From Microcystis aeruginosa NIES-2549 (GTDB taxonomy: Bacteria > Cyanobacteriota > Cyanobacteriia > Cyanobacteriales > Microcystaceae), in assembly GCF_000981785.2 (NCBI RefSeq), contig NZ_CP011304.1:210001-242000 (forward strand): a stretch of 32,000 nt of DNA, given 5' to 3'. Shown one piece after another: positions 25,405 to 32,000 of the stretch. The notes beneath the pieces are model-generated. The model worked only from the letters and a program-made list of their open reading frames with translations, made no database searches and was not told the DNA's origin. The position numbers and the translations under genes are program-made. The stretch's first letter is position 1, and each line of letters starts with the position of its first letter.

Positions 25405-26574
25405 ATGAAACTTCCTACAGGGTTACGGCGAACTATTACCCACGCTTTGGCAACTTTTCTGGGAGTTATGCTCGGTTTTAGCAGTTTAGCGGCGGTAAAT
25501 GCTCAAAATCTGCCCAGCACTGCCGCCGATCTGGTCAGAATCCCCCCGGAGATGACGGCGGAAAGTTTTGTCGCTAAGGCAGTGGCCCGCACGGGTGCGG
25601 CAGTGGTGCGAATTGACACCGAAGCGATCATTACTCGTCCCAATAGCCCCTTTTTTGATGATCCTTTTTTTCAGGAGTTTTTTGGGGAACAGTTTCGTGT
25701 TCCCACCCAGCAGCGAGTGGCGGGCCAGGGATCGGGTTTTATTATCGATGGCAGTGGTTTAATCTTAACTAATGCCCATGTGGTCGATAATGCCGATAAG
25801 GTAACGGTAACTTTAAAAGATGGTCGTAGCTTCAAGGGAGAAGTACGCGGTACTGATGAGATCACTGATTTAGCCGTAGTCAAAATTAATCCCCAAGGGG
25901 AAAATTTACCTGTAGCCGTCCTGGGCAATTCCTCATCCATACAAGTGGGGGACTGGGCGATCGCTGTAGGCAATCCCGTCGGTCTAGATAATACGGTAAC
26001 TTTAGGAATTATTAGCACGATCGGGCGCTCGGCGGCTAAGGCGGGTATTCCCGATAAACGCATTGATTTTATCCAAACTGATGCCGCTATTAACCCGGGT
26101 AATTCCGGCGGTCCTTTACTCAACGCCCAAGGGGAAGTCATCGGCATCAATACGGCGATTCGTGCTGATGCCATGGGCATCGGTTTTGCCATTCCCATCG
26201 ACCGGGCCAAGCAGTTACAAGCGACCCTAGAATCAGGTCAAAAGGTGGCCCATCCCTATATCGGTGTGCAGATGATTAATCTAACTCCCGATTTAGCCCG
26301 GGCTAATAATCAAAACCCCAATTCTGCCATGATCGTGCCGGAAGTGTCGGGAATTTTGGTGGTGAAAGTTCTACCCAATACCCCCGCCGAAAAAGCCGGG
26401 ATCCGTCGCGGGGATGTGATTGTCAAAGCTAATAATCAACCGGTTAGCGATGGCGCTCAGTTACAGGAAATGGTGGAAAAAACTGGGATCGGTCAATCTT
26501 TACCCCTAAGAATCAGAAGGGGTGAAAGGGCGCTCGATCTCACCGTAATCACCGCCCAAATGTCAAATCAGTAA
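25405..26574 (+). CDS. HtrA/DegP-family serine protease with one PDZ domain
   Basis: Signal/anchor N-terminus. Catalytic triad contexts TNAHVV, DLAVVKI, GNSGGPLLN. PDZ region (..VLPNTPAEKAGIRRGDVIVKANNQPV..). Confidence 0.93.
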   Translation: MKLPTGLRRTITHALATFLGVMLGFSSLAAVNAQNLPSTAADLVRIPPEMTAESFVAKAVARTGAAVVRIDTEAIITRPNSPFFDDPFFQEFFGEQFRVPTQQRVAGQGSGFIIDGSGLILTNAHVVDNADKVTVTLKDGRSFKGEVRGTDEITDLAVVKINPQGENLPVAVLGNSSSIQVGDWAIAVGNPVGLDNTVTLGIISTIGRSAAKAGIPDKRIDFIQTDAAINPGNSGGPLLNAQGEVIGINTAIRADAMGIGFAIPIDRAKQLQATLESGQKVAHPYIGVQMINLTPDLARANNQNPNSAMIVPEVSGILVVKVLPNTPAEKAGIRRGDVIVKANNQPVSDGAQLQEMVEKTGIGQSLPLRIRRGERALDLTVITAQMSNQ

Positions 26575-26594
26575 TCAGTTATCAGTTATCAGAT
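26567..26594 (+). repeat. Heptamer array ATCAGTW x4 overlapping the htrA stop codon
   Basis: ATCAGTA ATCAGTT ATCAGTT ATCAGAT. This is the same heptamer, reverse-complemented, as the AACTGAT array at 31138..31186. Confidence 0.85.
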
Positions 26595-26607
26595 GTAAGT
26601 TTTCAGT

Positions 26608-26714
26608 TTAACGCCAGTTCGGTTTAAGGGAATTTTGCCATAGCTTCCACGAAAGAATAGGAGTTTCAGGCTACGGTAGCATCAGGGTTTTAGCTTATCC
26701 CGAACTGAGGTTAA
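26608..26714. repeat. 107-bp segment bounded by 16-nt imperfect inverted repeats (MITE-like or structured RNA)
   Basis: TTAACGCCAGTTCGGT (26608..26623) versus the reverse complement of 26699..26714, TTAACCTCAGTTCGGG (13/16 matching). No ORF is present. Confidence 0.4.
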
Positions 26715-26803
26715 TTCCTTCTTTCAAAACTATACCTATTAATCGTTTCCCTTTTTTTTAAGTTTCTTCTCTTTTTGTTAAGAAAGATCCGACTAATGGA
26801 TAG

Positions 26804-26849
26804 CCTTGATAAGGGGGGTGTCTGATAATTTTTAACGCCTACCTACTTA
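26804..26849 (-). repeat. Short dispersed element X, copy 2, abutting the tnpB element right end
   Basis: See 17419..17479. Confidence 0.7.
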
Positions 26850-27060
26850 ACTCAGAAAGCGATTATACTCATTGACATCCTCACCGCCGTAAACGGACGG
26901 TGATTCCCAAACCTCACGATTTAGGCTTCTGCTTCTTTTCCGAAGGATTTTTCGCACCTGCCTTAACAGATTTACTCTGTTCTGGTCATCAGGTCGCTCT
27001 ACAGACTGACACCGCAAGCCCTGCGGCCAAAATGTTTTTACTGGCGTTAATATCTCGGTC
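26850..27060 (-). ncRNA. Putative omega/right-end RNA of the tnpB element
   Basis: By analogy with characterised TnpB systems, the guide RNA scaffold overlaps the tnpB 3' end and runs to the IS right end. A conserved-looking hairpin lies at 26882..26902. The boundaries are not determinable by eye. Confidence 0.35.
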
Positions 27061-28101
27061 ATGGTGAGTCCCACAGTCTGGACAGTCCCATTCTCGAACA
27101 TTTAACGGCATTTTCTCAGCAATATACCCGCAATTACTACACCTTTTAGAGCTAGGAAACCATCTATCTATTTCGATGTAATTTCTCCCATACCAACGGC
27201 ATTTATAGGCTAATTGTCTAGTGATTTCACCCCAGCTTACATCAGATATTGCCTGAGATAACTTGGGGTTTTTGACCATATTCTTGACGGCTAAATTCTC
27301 AACCACAATCGTTTGGTTTTCACGAACTAATTGAGTCGTTAGCTTATGTAAATGGTCTTTTCTGTTATCAGTAATTTGAGCGTGAATTCTGGCTACTTTG
27401 ATTCTTGCTTTTTCTCGATTCTTTGAGCCTTTCTGTTTTCGAGAAAGGCTTTTTTGTGCCTTTCGCAGTCTCCGATAATGCTTTTTAAAATGCTTGGGAT
27501 TAGATACTTTATCGCCGTCGCTGGTAATTACTAGGCTACTAATTCCTAAGTCAATTCCAATGGCTTTATCTGTTACTGGTAATGGCTTAATTGTTGGGTC
27601 ATCAAATCTAATTGAAATATGCCAACGTCCAGAAGGATGTAATCTGACTGTTACTGTACTTGGTTCACAGCTTTCTGGTATTTGTCTTGACCATCGAATA
27701 GGTAAAGGTTCTGTGCATTTGGCTAAATAGATTTGTCTGTCTTTAAATTTAAAAGCAGATTTGGTAAATTCGGCACTTCCTCCCTGATGTTTTTTCTTAA
27801 AGTTAGGATACTTAGTACGACCAGCCAAGAAATTAGTAAAAGCTGTTTGTAGGTGTCTTAACCCTTGTTGTAAGGGTACACAGCTTACCTCATTGAGAAA
27901 GTCTAATTCTTCTTGCTTTTTCCACTCGGTTAGCATTGAAGAAGTTTGAACGTAGCCTACTCTTTCTTGTCTTTCGTACCATGCTTGTGTTCGTTCGTGG
28001 AGAGCTTTGTTGTAAACTAATCTTACACAGCCCAAAGTGCGTCGCAATAGCGACTCTTGTTCGGGTGTGGGGTAAAATCGAAACGAATAGGCTTTTTCCA
28101 T
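26989..28101 (-). CDS. tnpB: TnpB (RNA-guided RuvC-like nuclease, OrfB_IS605 with zinc ribbon)
   Basis: 370 aa. N-terminus MEKAYSFRFYPTPEQESLLRRTLGCVRLVYNKAL. RuvC residues in AIGIDLGI (D), IVVENLAVKNM (E), HHDRDINASKNI (D). Zinc ribbon CSNCG...CPDCG. The ORF ends at tandem TGA TGA, and the same frame is then open for 25 more codons (PEQSKSVKAGAKNPSEKKQKPKS). Confidence 0.9.
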   Translation of the reverse strand: MEKAYSFRFYPTPEQESLLRRTLGCVRLVYNKALHERTQAWYERQERVGYVQTSSMLTEWKKQEELDFLNEVSCVPLQQGLRHLQTAFTNFLAGRTKYPNFKKKHQGGSAEFTKSAFKFKDRQIYLAKCTEPLPIRWSRQIPESCEPSTVTVRLHPSGRWHISIRFDDPTIKPLPVTDKAIGIDLGISSLVITSDGDKVSNPKHFKKHYRRLRKAQKSLSRKQKGSKNREKARIKVARIHAQITDNRKDHLHKLTTQLVRENQTIVVENLAVKNMVKNPKLSQAISDVSWGEITRQLAYKCRWYGRNYIEIDRWFPSSKRCSNCGYIAEKMPLNVREWDCPDCGTHHDRDINASKNILAAGLAVSVCRAT

Positions 28102-28220
28102 ACCTCACATTTTAGCATATATTTCGTAAATGTGCTAATATTTAACAGTAAAGCCGTCGTAGAACGACGGGGTTTCAGACCCAAAATTTTCGATGATTAA
28201 AGACTATTGGCTGGTGATCG

Positions 28221-28832
28221 ATGAACCAAGACAACGAGATTAGTCATTTACTAGACCTCATGCCCGCTTCGGGAAGGATGATGACGCGCATTGTCAGCAA
28301 ACCCGAAAGCCCCAAGGTAATCGAAACTAATTTTCCCCTGCCCTGGCAAAGAGGAGTCAGACCGATTCCAATTAATTTTGACCTCTGGCGGCAATTATCA
28401 AGATCCCAACGGGATTTAGTCTTGTTAAGGGCTGTCTCTGTTTTAACGGCAGTAAAATGGTTTAAACCCGATATCGATCGAGCAATTGCTCTGGCTGGTA
28501 TGATCGGTTTAACCGTGGAAACTCTGCAAACCGATGCTGTCGGTATGGCAGTGGCTGGGGGTTTAACTGCCTTGGCAATTAACCGGATTTGGCGGGAAAA
28601 ACGCAGCCCCCAACGGGAATTAGACGCGGATGAAGCGGCCCTAAAAGTGGCCGTTAGACGCGGTTACACGGAAACCGAGGCCGCCAAAAGTTTATTATCA
28701 GCTATTGAGACTATAGCCGAAATTGAGGGGCGATCGAGTCTCAATTTTAACGAGTTATTGCGCTGTCAAAATCTGAAAAAATTAGCCAATCTCTCCTTTG
28801 TTGGTGTTCCCGATCAGGTGAGACAATCTTAA
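28221..28832 (+). CDS. Conserved hypothetical protein with central hydrophobic segments
   Basis: 203-aa ORF with ATG start and coding-like composition. Hydrophobic stretches (LVLLRAVSVLTAV, AIALAGMIGL, GMAVAGGLTALAI). I could not assign a family with confidence. Confidence 0.7.
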   Translation: MNQDNEISHLLDLMPASGRMMTRIVSKPESPKVIETNFPLPWQRGVRPIPINFDLWRQLSRSQRDLVLLRAVSVLTAVKWFKPDIDRAIALAGMIGLTVETLQTDAVGMAVAGGLTALAINRIWREKRSPQRELDADEAALKVAVRRGYTETEAAKSLLSAIETIAEIEGRSSLNFNELLRCQNLKKLANLSFVGVPDQVRQS

Positions 28833-28940
28833 AGTCAGTTGTTTTGGCTATCAGCTTTCTTTTTACCGATTACCGATCACTGATCACTTAAATCCCTAAC
28901 CCTAAAATAACTACTATAAAAATATTTTCCCCCTTGCTCA

Positions 28941-31046
28941 ATGGCTGCAATTGACTCTTTAGAAAAAGCCTTAAAATATTACTTTGGCTACGATCAATTT
29001 CGACCGAATCAACGCCAAATAATTGAGGCTGCTTTAAATAATCAGGATTTATTAGTAATTATGCCCACCGGAGGCGGTAAATCTCTCTGTTTTCAGCTAC
29101 CTGCTTTGATCAAAAAAGGGGTGACGGTGGTGGTTTCTCCCTTAATTGCTTTAATGCAGGATCAAGTAACTGCTTTAGCTGATAATGGTATCGGGGCAAC
29201 ATTTCTCAATAGCACTTTAAACGCTAAACAAGTTAGAGACAGAGAATCTTTAATCCTGCAAGGAAAAATTAAACTGTTATATGTTGCGCCAGAAAGATTA
29301 TTATCGCCTAGTTTTTTAGACTTTTTAGCTGTTATTGATAATTACCTCGGTTTAGCCTGTTTAGCAGTGGATGAGGCACACTGTGTCTCCGATTGGGGTC
29401 ATGATTTCCGCCCTGAATATCGACAAATTAAACAAGTCCGTCAACGCTTTCCCTCCGTGCCAATTCTGGCTTTAACTGCCACCGCAACTCAACAGGTTAG
29501 GGAAGATATTATCCAACAATTAGGATTGCGAGATACTTCCACTCATATTGCTAGTTTTAATCGTCCTAATCTTTATTATGAAGTTCAACCTAAAACCAGT
29601 AAATCTTATCAGCAATTGTATCAATATATTAAAGGACAAAAAGGGTCTGGTATTGTTTATTGTATCAGCCGCAAAACCGTCGATCAAGTTGCCGAACAGT
29701 TACAAAAAGATGGTATTAATGCCCTACCCTATCATGCGGGTATGGACGATCGGGAAAGAAGCGAGAATCAAACCCGTTTTATTCGGGATGATGTGCAGAT
29801 TATGGTGGCGACAATTGCCTTCGGTATGGGGATTAATAAACCGGATGTGCGCTTTGTCGTTCATTACGATTTACCCCGCAATTTAGAGGGATATTATCAA
29901 GAATCGGGCCGCGCCGGTAGGGACGGAGAACCGGCTAAATGTACCCTCTTTTTTAGCTTTGCAGATGCCAGAAAAATTGAGTATTTTATTAACCAAAAAA
30001 CTGAGCAAAATGAACAACAGAAAGCTCGTCAACAATTGCGACAGGTGTTAGATTATGCCGAGGGGACTGAATGTAGAAGATCTAGTGTACTAGGCTACTT
30101 TGGAGAAAGTTTTGCGGGTAACTGTGGTAACTGTGATAACTGTCGGAATGGAACAAATAACCAGGATTGGACGATCGAAGCACAAAAATTTTTATCCTGT
30201 GTGGCGCGGACGGGACAGAAATTCGGTATGATGCACATAATCAACGTACTCAGGGGAGGAAAAGGTGAAAGAATCACCCAATATCAACATCATTTATTAT
30301 CCACTTATGGCATCGGTAAAGATAAAACTGTGGGGGAGTGGAAACGTTTAAGTCGTTCCCTTGTCCAGCAAAATCTACTGGTAGAAACAGAAGACAATTT
30401 TAGAATCTTGAAACTTAATCAACACAGTTGGGAAGTGATGCGGAAACAACGTTCCGTCTTTATTGCCGTCCCCCAAAAAGCTAACGGTCCAATCTTGGGA
30501 GACGACAATCCCAATATGGTGGAAAGTGATTTATTATTCGAGCGCTTGCGGCAACTGCGGAAAAAAATTGCCGATAGTCAAGGGGTTCCTCCCTACGTTA
30601 TTTTCCATGATTCTAGTCTGCGTTTGATGGCCCAATCAAAACCCCGGAGTTTAGGGGAGTTTCGTCAAATTTCTGGAGTAGTACACAGCAAAGTCCAACA
30701 GTATGGGGATATATTTATAGCGGCAATTAATGATTTTTGTCAGGATAGTCTTCCCTCTACTCAATTCCTGACTCTCCAATACTATCAAGATGGTTTGAAT
30801 GTGGAAGAAATCGCTCGCAAAAGAAGCTTAAAAGTCTCAACAATCTATGAACATTTAGCTAAATTGCTGGAAGCTGGTTACAAAATTGATATTAATCAGT
30901 TAGTTTCTAAGAATAAACAGGAATATATTCGTTTAGCGATTAAAAAAGTGGGCGATCAATCCCTAAAAACTCTCAAAGAAAATCTGGGAGATAATTATAG
31001 TTATGAGGAAATTAAATTAGTTGTTGCTTGGCAAAGACGACTTTAA
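28941..31046 (+). CDS. recQ: ATP-dependent DNA helicase RecQ (with RQC, HRDC and C-terminal HTH extension)
   Basis: FGYDQFRPNQRQIIEA, motif I PTGGGKSLCFQLPA, DEAH box VDEAHCVSDWGHDFRPEY, SFNRPNL, zinc-binding CRR..C..CDNC, HRDC region (LFERLRQLRKKIADSQGVPPYVIFHDSSL). Confidence 0.95.
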   Translation: MAAIDSLEKALKYYFGYDQFRPNQRQIIEAALNNQDLLVIMPTGGGKSLCFQLPALIKKGVTVVVSPLIALMQDQVTALADNGIGATFLNSTLNAKQVRDRESLILQGKIKLLYVAPERLLSPSFLDFLAVIDNYLGLACLAVDEAHCVSDWGHDFRPEYRQIKQVRQRFPSVPILALTATATQQVREDIIQQLGLRDTSTHIASFNRPNLYYEVQPKTSKSYQQLYQYIKGQKGSGIVYCISRKTVDQVAEQLQKDGINALPYHAGMDDRERSENQTRFIRDDVQIMVATIAFGMGINKPDVRFVVHYDLPRNLEGYYQESGRAGRDGEPAKCTLFFSFADARKIEYFINQKTEQNEQQKARQQLRQVLDYAEGTECRRSSVLGYFGESFAGNCGNCDNCRNGTNNQDWTIEAQKFLSCVARTGQKFGMMHIINVLRGGKGERITQYQHHLLSTYGIGKDKTVGEWKRLSRSLVQQNLLVETEDNFRILKLNQHSWEVMRKQRSVFIAVPQKANGPILGDDNPNMVESDLLFERLRQLRKKIADSQGVPPYVIFHDSSLRLMAQSKPRSLGEFRQISGVVHSKVQQYGDIFIAAINDFCQDSLPSTQFLTLQYYQDGLNVEEIARKRSLKVSTIYEHLAKLLEAGYKIDINQLVSKNKQEYIRLAIKKVGDQSLKTLKENLGDNYSYEEIKLVVAWQRRL

Positions 31047-31094
31047 AAACTATAGGAGGGGGGGAATTATAAATTATAAATTATGAATTATTAA

Positions 31095-31200
31095 GTGGGG
31101 AAGTGGGGAAGTAGGGAAGTTTTTTCAGTAAACAGTGAACTGATAACTGATAACTGATAACTGATAACTGATAACTGATAACTGAATTCAGCAGACCCTA
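31095..31200. repeat. Octamer array (GTGGGGAA x3), heptamer array (AACTGAT x6.5) and a solo MITE-type terminus
   Basis: GTGGGGAA GTGGGGAA GTAGGGAA at 31095..31118. AACTGAT x6 plus a partial unit at 31138..31186. TTCAGCAGACCCTA at 31187..31200 is the same terminus as the MITE-like element at 13171..13387. Confidence 0.9.
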
Positions 31201-31440
31201 TTTAGGGGACAAGCGTTCTTGAATTTTATTAATCGCCCAGCTTAAAATCGCCCCCGCAATTAAAATACTAATAGCAGGATTGAATAGGGGCAGCCAAAGA
31301 CGCTGAAAAAGTTTAAATCCTAGGGGAATTCCCGTGGATTCACCGATAACAGCCACGGCAAACCAGAGAAAACCCGCTATCACTAAAAACACATCAAATA
31401 TTAAGATTCTATTCAACCACTTGACAAATTGCTCTTTCAT
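31198..31440 (-). CDS. Small two-TM membrane protein, hypothetical
   Basis: 80 aa with an ATG start and two clear hydrophobic helices (ILIFDVFLVIAGFLWFAVAVIG; PAISILIAGAILSWAI). Confidence 0.6.
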   Translation of the reverse strand: MKEQFVKWLNRILIFDVFLVIAGFLWFAVAVIGESTGIPLGFKLFQRLWLPLFNPAISILIAGAILSWAINKIQERLSPK

Positions 31441-31500
31441 TGCATCAAAAACTTAGGTTATTTATACAGTTTATTCACGAAAAAGTATAGCACTGTCACC

Positions 31501-32000
31501 TTAATCCCAAGCTCTCCAGAGCCAAGCTAGTCCGGCAGTAATGATTAAAACTTTGGTTAACCAATCTCCCCAGCGCACATATAAAGTCCTCGTATCTCGT
31601 CGATAAATTGTTTCGCTATGGATTTGATATTTATCTAAATCCGATAGCCAAAGGTGATTACCGTGGGGATCGACAAAAGCAGAATAACCTGTATTGGTGG
31701 CCCGGGCCATCCATCGATCGGTTTCGATCGCTCGCATGGTATCCTGAGCATGGTGTTGAGCGGGCATGGCGTGGCTATAATGGGCGTTATTAGAAGCAGT
31801 AATAATAAATTCGCCTCCCCTAGCAGTTTGACGGCGAAAATGTTCGGAAAAAGCCGACTCGTAACAAATGCCCACAATTATTTTACCGAAAGGACTGTCA
31901 ATAATTTGATCGGGATCTCCCTGGATTAAATGCGCTTGCAAGGGAGAAAGGCGATCAACAATTCCGCCTAAAATTTCCTGAAAAGGAACGTATTCGCCTA
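31501..32000 (-). CDS. lnt: Apolipoprotein N-acyltransferase, C-terminal part (gene continues beyond the window)
   Basis: Carbon-nitrogen hydrolase region with GICYESAF (catalytic Cys context), ..ASNNAHY.., ..ARATNTGYSAFVDPHG.., and a terminal TM helix. The frame is open to position 32000, so the M at 31941 is internal. Confidence 0.85.
   Translation of the reverse strand, partial: GEYVPFQEILGGIVDRLSPLQAHLIQGDPDQIIDSPFGKIIVGICYESAFSEHFRRQTARGGEFIITASNNAHYSHAMPAQHHAQDTMRAIETDRWMARATNTGYSAFVDPHGNHLWLSDLDKYQIHSETIYRRDTRTLYVRWGDWLTKVLIITAGLAWLWRAWD

Larger units (their letters stand above)
26850..28195 (-). mobile_element. IS200/IS605-family (IS1341-type) element carrying tnpB only, no tnpA
   Basis: tnpB ORF plus subterminal hairpins. 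Left-end side: CCGTCGT-AGA-ACGACGG at 28154..28170 (7-bp perfect stem). Right-end side: CACCGCCGTAAACGGACGGTG at 26882..26902. No Y1 transposase ORF is present. The exact ends are inferred, uncertain by +/-20 nt. Confidence 0.65.

Noticed and set aside
26847-27101. 84-aa ORF overlapping the tnpB 3' end on the same strand
   Set aside because: It is out of frame with tnpB and lies in the region expected to encode the right-end guide RNA scaffold. It has no independent coding signal.

Overview
Cyanobacterial chromosomal DNA. By inference it most resembles Microcystis: GCGATCGC (HIP1) palindromes are frequent, the background is AT-leaning, there are many IS/MITE-like repeats, and a bicA-sbtA-sbtB-nhaS3 operon sits divergent from a LysR gene. 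Core content: rfbB; a transglutaminase-like protein; the complete inorganic-carbon uptake locus (ccmR2 / bicA-sbtA-sbtB-nhaS3); a trxA / zinc-ribbon / CBS-CP12 cluster; a four-CBS protein; two Hanks-type Ser/Thr kinases; a Rieske/PaO-like oxygenase; an HtrA protease; recQ; and the 3' part of lnt. Accessory content: (1) an IS630-family element split by an ISL3 element with a clean 8-bp target duplication, whose two outer flanks are two different broken genes (HNH endonuclease and type I R-M hsdM); (2) a tnpB-only IS605-family element with end hairpins; (3) several short dispersed repeat families and heptamer arrays; (4) recombinase and integrase fragments. The most unusual locus is 17.6-20.9 kb. 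There a Ser/Thr kinase is fused to two tandem FGE-sulfatase (C-type-lectin-fold) domains made by an in-frame 780-bp duplication. The first 409 nt of the two units are identical except for one base. Each unit ends in a GC-rich, NNC-codon-rich tail that resembles a diversity-generating-retroelement variable region, but no RT or template repeat is present in the window. Downstream of that gene lie a 33-bp x 6 tandem array headed by a 28-nt perfect palindrome and a tyrosine-integrase fragment. No rRNA, tRNA or CRISPR array was recognised. All homology calls come from motif recognition by eye, not from database searches.
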